The notes: a model not told the origin generated them from the sequence alone. A DNA stretch of 64,000 nucleotides from Gemmatimonadaceae bacterium (GCA_044224875.1 JBGAJQ010000006.1:32001-96000), one strand, 5' to 3'; counted from the first letter of the stretch, positions 10,441-20,971 are shown. Numbers and translations are program-made.

Positions 10441-12798
10441 ATGACCGTTCGACGGCCCCTGCACGCGCAGGTGTGCGCCCTTATGGCGATCCTGTCACTC
10501 GCCGCGTGCAGTGACACAAAACCGCTGACCACCAGCCTCGATCCCTCACAGGTCGTGGGCAACGCGTCCGAAATGGAAGTAAACTCTCGGACGGTCGTCG
10601 GTATCCAGAATCAAATCGGACAGCTGAAGATCGGCCTCAAGTGGTATCCCACGTGGGAATCACGCGATTCGACGATTGCGGCCGTCACCGCGTCGGGCGT
10701 GGCGACCGGCGTGCGCGTCGGCGTGACCTATGCCGTCGCCACCAATGCCTTCCGCAAGCAGGACAGCTTGCTCATCACGGTGAACGCGGGAATTCCCGCC
10801 ACTGTGAACGTCGTGCTACCCAAGCCCTCGCTCGCCCCGACGCAAACGATGCAGGCCTCCGCCGTTGCGATTGACGTCAACGGCAAGACCTTGGTCGGGG
10901 CGCCTCTGAAGTGGACCACCTCCAACTCGGCCGTGGCCAAGGTGTCGGCAGCTGGCGTCGTGACAGCGGTCGCGCCGGGCACCGTGTCCATCGGGGCCAC
11001 GAGCTACGGCCTAACCGCCACGGCCGCCATGACCGTGACGGGCACGCCGCCGCCCGTCAGCACCATCACGGTATCGATGTCACCCACGACGCTTAACGTC
11101 GGACAGAGCGCGCAGGCGAGTGCCGTCGCCCGAGACGCTCAAGGAAACGTCCTTCCTGGCGTGGCGTTTACGTGGGGCGTCAGTTCCACGACCATCCTCA
11201 GCACTTCCCAGACAGGAATGATCACTGGTGTGTCGGCCGGCTCCGCGCAGGTGCAGGCGAGCGCCAGCGGCGTCACTGGTGCGGTCGGTGTCTCGGTCTC
11301 CACGTCGCAACCGCCTCCGGGACCCAACGGCCTAACGGTTCCGCCGGTCCTGCCCAAGGTCCTGCTGAACTTCCCGTATACTCCCGCCACGGGGAAGACC
11401 ATCTTCGTTGCGGCTGGCGCCAACCTGCAGACGGCCATCAATTCAGCCCAACGCGGCGACGAAATCGTACTGCAAAGTGGCGCGGTCTTCACTGGCAACT
11501 TCACGCTCCCCGTGAAGTCGGGTTCCGTGGCGAATGGCTGGATCACCATTCGTGGCGACAAGTACAATCTCCTGCCACCGGAAGGGACGCGGGTGACTTC
11601 CGCCAACGCGAGCCTGATGCCGCGCATCCAGACGGCCACGACGGCACCTGCAATCGCGACCGACCTGTCCGCCACGGGCTATCGACTGGTCGGGCTCGAG
11701 ATCACGGTGGCCCCGACGTACACGGGCCCCCAGTACGGTATCGTCTGGTTAGGCGACGGCTCGTCGGCCCAGAACTCCCTGTCGAAAGTGGCGTCGGACC
11801 TCGTGGTTGACCGGAGCTACGTCCACGGGCAGACCAATACCGACGTCTCTCGCTGCATCGCGTTGAACTCCGCCCGCACTCAGATCTCCGACAGTTACAT
11901 CACCGAGTGCCATGGGTACGGGTACGATGCCCAGGCGATCCTCGGCTACAATGGTCCGGGCCCCTACAAGATCGTGAACAACACGCTGATCGGCTCTACC
12001 GAGAACATCATGTTTGGCGGCGCCGATCCATGGATCTCTGGGTTGATCCCCAGCGATATCGAGATTCGTCGCAATTACTTCTATACGCCGGCGTCGTGGA
12101 AGGGGAAGTGGCTCAAGAAGAATGCGTTTGAGCTGAAAGCGGGTCAGCGTATTCTCATGGAAGGAAACGTCTTCGACGGTTCCTGGCAGGATGGGCAGAC
12201 GGGTTGGGCGCTGCTCCTGAAGGTCGAGAACCAGTCGGGCAAGTGCACCTGGTGCACCACGTCCGACCTGACGATCCGGTACAACTACATCCGCAACGCG
12301 GGCGCAGGGATCGCCGTCGCGGGTCGCGAAGGGAACAGCCCACATCCCGTGGGCGCGCTCCTGGCGCGCGTGTCCATCCAGAACAATACGATGGACAACA
12401 TCAATGTCGGACAGTTCGTTGGCGATGCACGGCTCGCGCAGGTTGTCGGCAATCCGTCCGACGTGGAGTTCGTCAATAACACCTTCACGTCGACCGGATA
12501 CCTGGGCACGTTCTTCTTCATGGACCTCTATCCGACGGCCACACGAATGGTGTGGAATCGCAACGCCACCACGCTCGCAACGTATGGCATGCTTGCCACG
12601 GGACGCGGCGAGGGAACCCAGGCGCTTAGTGCCGTCGCCGCCGGATGGCAGTTCAATAACAACTACCTCGTCGGTGCGTCCCGGACTGGGTATCCACCCA
12701 CCACAAACTTCATCAATTCGATCGCGAGCGTGCCGTCCGGATACGGAGCGGACATGGTCACCCTGAACCAGAAGATCGCGGGCGTGATCGTACCGTAG
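10441..12798 (+). CDS. Lipoprotein with about 3 Ig-like (Big_2) repeats and a C-terminal right-handed beta-helix (pectin-lyase-like) domain
   Basis: SD GGAGG then ATG 10441, lipobox LAAC, repeats WxxSxxxVAxVxxxGxVT, LQTAINSAQRGDEIVL, KNAFELK and DGQTG. Confidence 0.8.
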   Translation: MTVRRPLHAQVCALMAILSLAACSDTKPLTTSLDPSQVVGNASEMEVNSRTVVGIQNQIGQLKIGLKWYPTWESRDSTIAAVTASGVATGVRVGVTYAVATNAFRKQDSLLITVNAGIPATVNVVLPKPSLAPTQTMQASAVAIDVNGKTLVGAPLKWTTSNSAVAKVSAAGVVTAVAPGTVSIGATSYGLTATAAMTVTGTPPPVSTITVSMSPTTLNVGQSAQASAVARDAQGNVLPGVAFTWGVSSTTILSTSQTGMITGVSAGSAQVQASASGVTGAVGVSVSTSQPPPGPNGLTVPPVLPKVLLNFPYTPATGKTIFVAAGANLQTAINSAQRGDEIVLQSGAVFTGNFTLPVKSGSVANGWITIRGDKYNLLPPEGTRVTSANASLMPRIQTATTAPAIATDLSATGYRLVGLEITVAPTYTGPQYGIVWLGDGSSAQNSLSKVASDLVVDRSYVHGQTNTDVSRCIALNSARTQISDSYITECHGYGYDAQAILGYNGPGPYKIVNNTLIGSTENIMFGGADPWISGLIPSDIEIRRNYFYTPASWKGKWLKKNAFELKAGQRILMEGNVFDGSWQDGQTGWALLLKVENQSGKCTWCTTSDLTIRYNYIRNAGAGIAVAGREGNSPHPVGALLARVSIQNNTMDNINVGQFVGDARLAQVVGNPSDVEFVNNTFTSTGYLGTFFFMDLYPTATRMVWNRNATTLATYGMLATGRGEGTQALSAVAAGWQFNNNYLVGASRTGYPPTTNFINSIASVPSGYGADMVTLNQKIAGVIVP

Positions 12799-12822
12799 CG
12801 CGGGCTCTCAGAAGTCCACATC

Positions 12823-12863
12823 GCAGGCCGCCGCGGAGGATCGCGGCGGCCTGCTGCGTTTGT
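12823..12863 (+). terminator. Putative intrinsic terminator
   Basis: Perfect 13-bp stem GCAGGCCGCCGCG / CGCGGCGGCCTGC with a 6-nt loop, followed by TGCGTTTGT, about 25 nt after the stop. Confidence 0.6.
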
Positions 12864-13165
12864 GGTGGATGAATCGGGCGCCTAACGAGCGTGACGACGA
12901 TCCCACGACGCCACGAGCGCCTTCGACGAGGACGCGGCTCATTCGCTCGGTGCCGCAAAGTGCGGCACCGGCGCTCCAAAGCGACCTGCGTTTTCCGGTC
13001 TCCAACACCCCCAATTCCTGGCCCCATCCGTGACGTGGCACACGCCAGATGCGTGCGGATTGTCATCACCCGCCTGTGCTTCGAAACCGTTGTTACTCAA
13101 CAACTTGAACCTCGTCAAACGCACGAGACCGTACGTGCTGCGTGCGGTCTGCGGCGCCTCGAACG

Positions 13166-13266
13166 AGGCCCGCGAGAAGGGCATAACCGGCGAAAGCCGG
13201 CGACGCAAAGCTCCGAGGCTACCGCGCAAAACATCGCGCCATGTCGGTCGAGCTGCCGAACGGTCC
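13166..13266 (+). promoter_or_regulatory. Second cyclic di-GMP-I (GEMM) riboswitch
   Basis: AAGGGCATAA-CCGGC-GAAA-GCCGG-CGACGCAAAGCT ... GGTCGAGCTGCCGAA has a core nearly identical to the first copy. SD GGAGG follows at 13271. Confidence 0.88.
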
Positions 13267-13279
13267 TGTTGGAGGTCGC

Positions 13280-16200
13280 ATGTTTTCCTTGTCACACCGC
13301 GCGAAGGCCTTGGTGTTGAGCGGCATGCTGGGAGCTGTCGCTTGCTCGGGCGATCAGAAGTCCACTGTCGCCCCCAAGCCAAACGGGCCCGACCCTGAGA
13401 TCCGGTATGTCGTTTCGATCACACCGAAGCGCGATACCCTTCCGGTCGGGCTCTCTCGTATCCTGTCGGCACGTGTTGCAGACGCTGCTGGCGCCACACA
13501 GAACGTGACGGTCGAATGGTCGTCACTGAATCCCCAAGTCGCCTCGGTTTCGGCTGGTACCGTGACGGCGTTCAGCGCCGGCACGGCGGCCATTGTCGCG
13601 CGGTTCGGGGTTGCCGCTGACACCGCCGAGCTCGTAGTCACAGCCGAAGCGGTCCACCTTCAGTTGTCGCCGAGTGCAATCAGTGCCTCGCTCGGGGACA
13701 CGGTGACCTTCAGTGCCCAGCTGGTGACGGCCAGCGGGAAGGCCATGTCTACGCCGGTGACCAACTGGAGCGCCAGCGACTCTGCGGCGGTGCTCCTCAT
13801 GGACGGCGGTCGTGCCGCGCTGACGAACGTCGGCGATGCGCAGGTGACGGCGCGTGTTGGTGACATGTCGGCGAGCGCCTCGGTCAACGTGTTTGCGTCG
13901 GCGGTTGGCTCGCTTGTGATCTCACCTTCTACGGCATCAATAACCGTCGGAGCCACGTCGGACCTGGACGCCAAGGTCTACGACAAGAACGGCCGTCAAC
14001 TCTACTTCCGCAGCGTGACGTGGACCTCATCGGATGCGAGCATCGCGACGGTCAATGGTAGCGGAACGGTCCGTGGGATCGCTCGCGGCGGCGTGATCAT
14101 CACCGCGACCAGCGGTGGCAAGTCATCGACGGCTACCGTGAACGTCTCCTCACAACCGGCGTCGAGCGTAAGCCTGACGATCTCACCGAATCCGATTGTC
14201 GCGACGGCGAAGGTGCAGGCCGTGGCGACACCAAAGGATGCGAGCGGCAATCCGGTCACCGGTCGCCCCATCGCGTACCAGAGCTCCAATCCGTCGGTCG
14301 CGACTATCGACGCGTCGGGGCTCATTACCGGCATCATCGCGGGTAGCACGAACATCTCGGCCATCTGCGATGGCCATGTCGCCACTGTGAAGTTGAACGT
14401 CGAGGACCAGCACGTTGCGTCGATCGCCATCGTACCTGGGGCCCCGTCGGTGAAACAGGGATCGACCGCGACCCTTGTGGCCGACGTGAAGGATCAGATG
14501 GGCAACGACATGCCGAGTGCGACCGTGAGCTGGTCGTCGCTGAACCCTGCCGTGGCGCCGATTTCCAACGCTGGCGTCTTGAGCGGCATCTCCATTGGAA
14601 CCACATCGGTGAAGGCGACCAGCGGGGCCATTTCGGCCACCGCGACCGTCACGGTGACGTCTCAAGGCGTCGCTTCGGTGTCGCTGACCCCGACTTCCGG
14701 CACCATTCAGTCAACCAAGACTACGCAGTTGTCCGCGACGGCCCTCGACGCCAGTGGTCATCCGATCTCGGGTGCCTCATTCACATGGGACACGGGCAAC
14801 GCCAACGTCGCTACGGTTTCATCGTTAGGTGTCGTCACGGGGCGGAACCCCGGTAGCACGATGATCACCGCGACGTCGTCCGGGAAGTACACGTCGGCTT
14901 CGATCACGGTCACCAGTGTGCCGCCCGCACCCGTGGCGGCCGTGACGGTCACCTTGAACGCCGGATCCTTGAACATCGGGCAGACGACCCAAGCCGTCGC
15001 CACCCTCACGGATGCACAAGGTAACGTACTCACCGGTCGCACCATCACCTGGACGAGCGCGACGCCCAGCGTGGCTACGGTCTCGGCCTCCGGCCTGGTC
15101 ACGGCCGTTGCTCCCGGAACGGCATCGATCACGGCGACTTCTGAAGGCATCGCCGGGAACGCGTCGGTGACCGTGAACACGCCGCCGGTTTCCCCAGTCG
15201 CGTCGGTCACCGTTTCGGCGGCATCCACCACGCTACAGGTTGGGCAGTCGTCGCAGCTCACGGTGGTGCTCAAGGACGCGCAGGGGCAGGTGCTGAGCGG
15301 TCGGAGCATCGCCTACGCCAGCTCGAACACCGCGGTGGCGACAGTTTCAGCGTCTGGCCTCGTCAGCGGTTTGGCGGCGGGATCGGCGACGATGAGTGTG
15401 ACCAGCGAGGGTGTCACCGGTACACTGGCAATGACGGTGCAGTCATCGGCACCGCCGCCACCGACCGCGTACTCCGTCACCGTGACGGTCAACGCGGGTT
15501 CGTTGCAGGTCGGTCAGACCACACAGGCCACCGCCGTGGTGAAGGATGCGTCCGGAAACGTCATTCCAGGCGCAACGGTCACGTGGGCCACGTCAAATCC
15601 GGCGGTCGCGACCGTAAACAGCTCCGGCCTCGTGTCGGCGGTTGGTGCCGGCATCGTCGCGATTTCTGCCAGCACGTCCGGGCTCACGGGGAGTGCCGCG
15701 GTGAGCGTGACGGCCCCGCCGCCGGTCGTGTCTACGGTCACCGTGACAATGTCGTCCTCAACGCTCAACGTGGGACAGAGCCTGCAGGCGACCGCGGTGG
15801 CGAAGGATGCCAGCGGCAACCTGATGAGTGGCGTAACCTTCACCTGGTCCGTCAGCTCCACTAGCGTACTCGGTGTGTCGGCCTCCGGTCTGGTGACCGG
15901 TGTTGCCAACGGTACGGCGCAGGTGAAGGCCACCGCGTCCGGAGTGACAGGTTCGCTCTCCGTCACGGTACAGTCGCCAGCGCCGCCACCAGGACCGAAC
16001 GGCCTGACGGCGCCTCCGGCCCTGCCGCAGGTGTACCTGAACTTCCCGTACACGCCGGCGACCGGCAGCACCATCTACGTCGCCGCGGGTGCCAATCTCC
16101 AGAACGCGATCAACTCGGCACAGCGCGGCGATGAAATCGTCCTGCAAGCTGGGGCGACCTTCACCGGCAACTTCACGCTACCGCTCAAGTCGGGCCCCTT

Positions 16201-17470
16201 GTCGAACGGATGGGTGACCATCCGGGGCGACAAGTTCAACCTGTTGCCAGCGGAAGGCACGCGCGTTACGTCCGCGAATGCCAGCTTGATGCCCAAGATC
16301 GTCACGAACAACTCGGCTCCAGCCTTGGCCACGCAGCTGAGCGCGAGCGGCTATCGGCTCGTCGGCTTGGAGGTCACCATCTCCGCCGCGTACACGGGGC
16401 CCCAGTACGGCATCGTCTGGTTAGGCGATGGGTCGTCAGCGCAGAACACCCTGGCCAAGGTGGCCACGGACCTGGTGCTCGACCGCATGTACATCCACGG
16501 TCAGACCGGAAGCGACGTCTCGCGTTGCGTTGCGCTGAACTCGGCGCGAACGGCGATCACCGACAGCTACCTGTCGGAGTGTCACGGGAAGGGGTACGAC
16601 GCGCAGGCAATTCTCGGATACAATGGTCCGGGCCCGTACAAGATTGTCAACAATACGTTGATCGGGTCCACGGAGAACGTGATGTTCGGTGGCGCGGATC
16701 CGTGGCTTCCGAACAACATCCCGAGCGACATCGAGATCCGGCAGAACTACTTCTACACGCCGCCATCGTGGAAGGGCGTGTGGCTCAAGAAGAACTTGTT
16801 TGAGCTGAAGGCTGGGCAGCGCATCCTGGTCGAAGGCAACGTCTTCGACGGGTCGTGGCAGGATGGGCAAACGGGTTGGGCGCTGCACCTCAAGGTGGAG
16901 AACCAGTCCGGTGGATGCACATGGTGCACGACGTCTGACCTGACGATTCGCTACAACCTCATCCGGAACGCCGGAGGCGGCATTGCGATCGCCGGTCGCG
17001 AGGGGAACAGCCCGTACCCCGCCACGCACCTGCTGGCTCGTGCCTCGGTGCAGAACAACATCGTGGAGAACATCAACGTCGGTCAGTTCACCGGCGACAA
17101 TCGACTGGCCCAGGTTCTTGGCAACCCATCGGACGTGGAGTTTGTGAACAACACCATGACCTCGACGGGCTACCTTGGCACCTTCCTCTTCATGGACCTG
17201 TATCCCACCGCCACACGGCTGGTGTGGAACCGGAACGTCAGCTCCATCGCCACCTACGGCATGCTGGCGACTGGTCGTGGCGAGGGAACACCTGCTCTGG
17301 CCGCAGTAGCTGGCGGCTGGCAGTTCAACAACAACTATCTCATCGGGAGTGCGCGGTCCAACTATCCCGCGACGACCACGTTCGTGTCATCGATCTCCGG
17401 CGTACCGGCCGGGTATGGCGCGGACCAAGCGACCGTGAATGCAAAGACTGCTGGCGTGATTATCCCGTAG
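13280..17470 (+). CDS. Large surface lipoprotein with about 10 Ig-like (Big_2) repeats and a C-terminal beta-helix domain
   Basis: ATG 13280 after GGAGG, lipobox AVAC, ten ~85-aa repeats counted by eye, and a head domain highly similar to that of 10441-12798. Confidence 0.82.
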   Translation: MFSLSHRAKALVLSGMLGAVACSGDQKSTVAPKPNGPDPEIRYVVSITPKRDTLPVGLSRILSARVADAAGATQNVTVEWSSLNPQVASVSAGTVTAFSAGTAAIVARFGVAADTAELVVTAEAVHLQLSPSAISASLGDTVTFSAQLVTASGKAMSTPVTNWSASDSAAVLLMDGGRAALTNVGDAQVTARVGDMSASASVNVFASAVGSLVISPSTASITVGATSDLDAKVYDKNGRQLYFRSVTWTSSDASIATVNGSGTVRGIARGGVIITATSGGKSSTATVNVSSQPASSVSLTISPNPIVATAKVQAVATPKDASGNPVTGRPIAYQSSNPSVATIDASGLITGIIAGSTNISAICDGHVATVKLNVEDQHVASIAIVPGAPSVKQGSTATLVADVKDQMGNDMPSATVSWSSLNPAVAPISNAGVLSGISIGTTSVKATSGAISATATVTVTSQGVASVSLTPTSGTIQSTKTTQLSATALDASGHPISGASFTWDTGNANVATVSSLGVVTGRNPGSTMITATSSGKYTSASITVTSVPPAPVAAVTVTLNAGSLNIGQTTQAVATLTDAQGNVLTGRTITWTSATPSVATVSASGLVTAVAPGTASITATSEGIAGNASVTVNTPPVSPVASVTVSAASTTLQVGQSSQLTVVLKDAQGQVLSGRSIAYASSNTAVATVSASGLVSGLAAGSATMSVTSEGVTGTLAMTVQSSAPPPPTAYSVTVTVNAGSLQVGQTTQATAVVKDASGNVIPGATVTWATSNPAVATVNSSGLVSAVGAGIVAISASTSGLTGSAAVSVTAPPPVVSTVTVTMSSSTLNVGQSLQATAVAKDASGNLMSGVTFTWSVSSTSVLGVSASGLVTGVANGTAQVKATASGVTGSLSVTVQSPAPPPGPNGLTAPPALPQVYLNFPYTPATGSTIYVAAGANLQNAINSAQRGDEIVLQAGATFTGNFTLPLKSGPLSNGWVTIRGDKFNLLPAEGTRVTSANASLMPKIVTNNSAPALATQLSASGYRLVGLEVTISAAYTGPQYGIVWLGDGSSAQNTLAKVATDLVLDRMYIHGQTGSDVSRCVALNSARTAITDSYLSECHGKGYDAQAILGYNGPGPYKIVNNTLIGSTENVMFGGADPWLPNNIPSDIEIRQNYFYTPPSWKGVWLKKNLFELKAGQRILVEGNVFDGSWQDGQTGWALHLKVENQSGGCTWCTTSDLTIRYNLIRNAGGGIAIAGREGNSPYPATHLLARASVQNNIVENINVGQFTGDNRLAQVLGNPSDVEFVNNTMTSTGYLGTFLFMDLYPTATRLVWNRNVSSIATYGMLATGRGEGTPALAAVAGGWQFNNNYLIGSARSNYPATTTFVSSISGVPAGYGADQATVNAKTAGVIIP
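15715..17470 (+). repeat. Duplicated segment, paralogous to about 11040-12798 (last Ig repeat plus beta-helix head)
   Basis: Long near-identical stretches at DNA and protein level, e.g. YTGPQYGIVWLGDGSSAQN, YDAQAILGYNGPGPYKIVNNTLIGSTEN and C-terminal AGVI[VI]P. Confidence 0.85.
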
Positions 17471-17490
17471 TCGGAGTTGGGGAGGGACTC

Positions 17491-17532
17491 CAGGCGGCGG
17501 TGGTGCTGAGGCACTGCCGCCGTCTGTTGTTT
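17491..17532 (+). terminator. Putative intrinsic terminator between convergent genes
   Basis: GGCGGCGGTG / CACTGCCGCC stem (one G-U pair) followed by GTCTGTTGTTT. Confidence 0.55.
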
Positions 17533-17609
17533 CGGGCGCCGCATTCCTGTCGCAGTGCCGTTGCGATTCCAACGCGCCTCACCATTCGGTCATCGCGGCG
17601 AAGCGTACG

Positions 17610-19523
17610 CTATGACGCTGCGGTGGCCACCACGTCACCGAGAATGTCGCTCGGCTCGAACGCTTGAGACAGCGCGCCGGCGGCCAGTGATCGATGCCAA
17701 CCGTCCAGCATCAACAGACGCCACAGCTGCGACATGTGATCGCGTCGGCCAATCATGTGCTCGCGAATGACACGGCGCGTCGCCGCGGGGTCGACCCAGG
17801 CGTAAATCGGCGAGTCCGGCCGTTCCAGTGCGTCGATGCGGTGGCGCAGTTCCTTGCGAAACCACCGACGCAACGGAACCGCGAATCCTTGCTTTCGCTT
17901 CTGCAACACATGCTGCGGGACTATGCCTTCGATGGCCTGGCGCAGGATCCACTTGGTGCCGCCCTCGCGGAGTTTGAGGCGACTTGGAAGTGCGGCCGCG
18001 AACTCCATGACGCTGCGGTCGAGAATCGGGACGCGCGCCTCTAATGACACCGCCATGCTCATCCGATCGACCTTGGTGAGGATGTCGCCCGGCAGGTACG
18101 TCATCATGTCGACCATGGTCACTTGCGTCGCGAAATCGCGTTGCGATGCCTGCTGGAACCAGGGATTGAGCAACCCATCCAACGAACTGACGTGCCCGGC
18201 GACTTCTGGCCGGGCAACGCCCCCATCTTGAACGGGCAGGGGCAGGGCGACCGTGCTGGCATAGCGGCCCTGCCGTGTGCGACCGTAGTCGAGGAGCCGA
18301 TTGCGTCCAGGCGCCGAGTGCGGCAGCAGCCTCGCGCTGGCGGAAAGGGCACCACGCAAGCCTTTTGGCATTTCGTGACGCCCAAGGACCTCTGCGTAGC
18401 GTGTGTACCCGCCAAAAAGCTCGTCGCCGCCGTCGCCCGATAGCGACACCGTCACGTATCTGCGCGCCAGTGCGGAGACGAGGTACGTTGGGAGCGCGGA
18501 CGAGTCGGCAAATGGCTCGTCGAACCCGCGCAGCACATCGTCCACCAGCGCGTCCGCGTCGGGGCGGAGGATCAACTCCGTGTGCTCGGTGCGAAGCGCA
18601 TCGGCAACGATCGCCGCGTCCGGTGCCTCGTTGAACTCGCGCTCGTCAAAACCGATGGAAAACGTCTTCACCGGGCGGTCCATGGCTCGAGCCATGAACG
18701 CGACGACGGTCGAGGAGTCGATCCCGCCGGAGAGGAACGCGCCTAACGGTACTTCGGACTCCAGGTGCGAGCGCACCGACGCGTCGAGAATTCGGCGAAG
18801 CTCCTCGACGAGTTCGCGGGTGTCACGAACCGGTGACTCGTCGTGCACCGGCGACCAGAACCGCGAAACGACGAGCCCCGTCTCACGCGACCAGGAAGCG
18901 CGGTGCCCGGGCGGGAGCTTCTGAACGCCGCGAAAAATGCACTGCGGATCCGTCACATACCCCAGGGAGAGGTACGATGCGATCGCCGCGGGGTCCACGT
19001 CCCGCTTGAAGTCTGGCAGGGCGAGGAAGCAGCGCAATTCCGAAGCAAAGGCTACGCCCCACGCCGACTGCCACAGGTACAACGGCTTGATGCCGACGTG
19101 GTCTCGGGCGACGAACAACCGTTGACGCGGTCGGTCCCAGATCGCAAAGGCGTACATTCCGCGCAGCGAGTCCACCATGCGCTCCCCATCCGCCTCATAC
19201 AGGTGCACCAAGGTTTCGGTATCGCTGTGCGTCCGAAACGTGTGGCCCTCGCGAATCAGTCGAGCCCGAATCTCATGGTGGTTGTAGATCTCCCCATTGA
19301 AGACGACGGAGACGGAGGCGTCCTCGTTGTGGATCGGCTGGTGACCGCCGGCGACGTCGATGATTGAAAGTCGCCGCATGCCAAGGCCAACGCCGCCGGC
19401 CGCTGTGAGTCGGCCTTCGTCATCCGGACCACGATGCCGGATCGCGCCGCACATCCGGGCCAGACGCGCGTCGCTCTCGGCGTCGGGAAATGGTGAGCCG
19501 GCAAAGCCGGCAATGCCGCACAT
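17610..19523 (-). CDS. asnB: Second AsnB-type glutamine amidotransferase
   Basis: MCGIAG, HRGPD, FNGEIYN, LSGGIDSS, EPFADSS, GDGGDELFGGY, KVDRMSMA, KQGF. Confidence 0.9.
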   Translation of the reverse strand: MCGIAGFAGSPFPDAESDARLARMCGAIRHRGPDDEGRLTAAGGVGLGMRRLSIIDVAGGHQPIHNEDASVSVVFNGEIYNHHEIRARLIREGHTFRTHSDTETLVHLYEADGERMVDSLRGMYAFAIWDRPRQRLFVARDHVGIKPLYLWQSAWGVAFASELRCFLALPDFKRDVDPAAIASYLSLGYVTDPQCIFRGVQKLPPGHRASWSRETGLVVSRFWSPVHDESPVRDTRELVEELRRILDASVRSHLESEVPLGAFLSGGIDSSTVVAFMARAMDRPVKTFSIGFDEREFNEAPDAAIVADALRTEHTELILRPDADALVDDVLRGFDEPFADSSALPTYLVSALARRYVTVSLSGDGGDELFGGYTRYAEVLGRHEMPKGLRGALSASARLLPHSAPGRNRLLDYGRTRQGRYASTVALPLPVQDGGVARPEVAGHVSSLDGLLNPWFQQASQRDFATQVTMVDMMTYLPGDILTKVDRMSMAVSLEARVPILDRSVMEFAAALPSRLKLREGGTKWILRQAIEGIVPQHVLQKRKQGFAVPLRRWFRKELRHRIDALERPDSPIYAWVDPAATRRVIREHMIGRRDHMSQLWRLLMLDGWHRSLAAGALSQAFEPSDILGDVVATAAS

Positions 19524-19546
19524 GGAGGAATGCGTCCGCGGTCGTC

Positions 19547-20971
19547 TTACGTTCGCTGCATCGCCGTCGATGTGCCCACGCCGAGCTCATTCGCATTCAG
19601 TTCCGCCATTTCGGCCAGGCCCCATACGATGGCCAGCTGAATGTACGTGAATGGGAAGATGATGTACGTGCCGAACACCGCTGACGCCGCATAGGAGATG
19701 AGACCGATCTCCGCCAGCAGCAACTGCTGGGCGTGTCGTGGCATTCGAGCCTGAATGCGCTCGCGAACGCGTCTCGACTTCAGCCACACCACCAAGCCCG
19801 CACCCATGTAGAGCGCAAATCCGAAGATTCCGAACTCGGCCGCCAGTGTGAAGTACGTCGAGTGCGCGTCGCGCAGACCGCCCGCCGTGCGAAGGACTTC
19901 GGGATCGCGTGCGGCAAATACGTGCGCGAAGGGGTACGAACCCGGCCCTACGCCGATGATCGGGTTCTGCGCGATGACCACCACCGACACCTTCCAGATC
20001 TCGAAGCGCTGTTCGGCTGATCCCAAGTCATCCGCAGCCGCCAGGCTCCCAGCGCCCGCGGCCTCTTCCAGCGTGCTCAGGCGCTTCCACAGCTGGTCTG
20101 GGGCGAGTGTGGCGAACACAATCGTGACGACGGCGGCTCCGCCGATCATCATCATGCGGGCGCGCTTGTTCTGAAGGAAGAAGAGTACAACGCCACCCAT
20201 GAAGGAGAGCATTGCGCCTCGCGACTGGGCGAGCGCCAGCACCAACGGAATGCAGATCAGTGCGCCCATGGCGAGGTATCGCAGGGTCTTGTTCCGTTCC
20301 ACCGACACGAGACCGAGTGCCAACCCAAATGGGAACAGCAAGAGCGCCGAAATATCGTTCGGATTCTCGAACAGGTTGTTCCAGCCCACACGCCCTTGTT
20401 CTGTCGCGTGGTACAGGAAGTAGTTGAAAATCGCGCCGCGTACCGGATACAACGCGAAGGTGCCCAAGTAGAAGAAGACGAAAAAGCGCACGCGCTCGCG
20501 CGTGTTGAGCACGATTTGCGCGACGGCGAATACCAACAACAGCTTGGCGATGCCAGTCCAGAACTCGAGCGTGAAGACCTTCCAGTCCGATCCGAGGAAC
20601 GAGATCGTGCAAACACCAAAGAACAACAGGAACAGCACGCCGGATTGCGTTAGGCGCGGACGGTCTCCAAGGAACGCACCGAGGATCGCCGCAATCATGG
20701 TTGCGGTGCCGATCGGGAGCGTGTAGGTGGTCACTACCCAGACGTAGGCGAGAAAGCCAACGTATCCAAGCGACCAATTCACACCCTGCCAGGGCCATTT
20801 GGCCACCAGCAGATGTTCGTCGATCAGGCCCCCGGGAACGGCGGTGCTGCCCGCCGCTTCGATGCCCGTCGGTGAGGGTAGGGCGCGCGTGAGCGTTCCG
20901 GCAGCACCGGCCGACGCCGGTTCTCCATAAAAACGTGCCGATCGCCAGCCAACGTTACGACTCCGCGCCAT
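19547..20971 (-). CDS. O-antigen ligase / Wzy-like polymerase family membrane protein
   Basis: Polytopic protein with NPND, SRGA, R..IW...IIGVGPG and AHSTY..LAAEFG motifs. Confidence 0.78.
   Translation of the reverse strand: MARSRNVGWRSARFYGEPASAGAAGTLTRALPSPTGIEAAGSTAVPGGLIDEHLLVAKWPWQGVNWSLGYVGFLAYVWVVTTYTLPIGTATMIAAILGAFLGDRPRLTQSGVLFLLFFGVCTISFLGSDWKVFTLEFWTGIAKLLLVFAVAQIVLNTRERVRFFVFFYLGTFALYPVRGAIFNYFLYHATEQGRVGWNNLFENPNDISALLLFPFGLALGLVSVERNKTLRYLAMGALICIPLVLALAQSRGAMLSFMGGVVLFFLQNKRARMMMIGGAAVVTIVFATLAPDQLWKRLSTLEEAAGAGSLAAADDLGSAEQRFEIWKVSVVVIAQNPIIGVGPGSYPFAHVFAARDPEVLRTAGGLRDAHSTYFTLAAEFGIFGFALYMGAGLVVWLKSRRVRERIQARMPRHAQQLLLAEIGLISYAASAVFGTYIIFPFTYIQLAIVWGLAEMAELNANELGVGTSTAMQRT

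Noticed and set aside
13035..13053. Possible sigma-54 promoter TGGCAC...TGC
   Set aside because: GG-to-GC spacing is 12 nt rather than the required 10.
10325..13266. Repeated CCGGCGAAAGCCGG element as a REP, CRISPR or IS end
   Set aside because: Only two copies, both explained as riboswitch P2 hairpins. No spacers, cas genes or transposase.
13241..13279. ORF-track start of the 1409-aa protein
   Set aside because: Lies inside the riboswitch. The SD and signal peptide support ATG 13280. The same logic favours 10441 over 10426.
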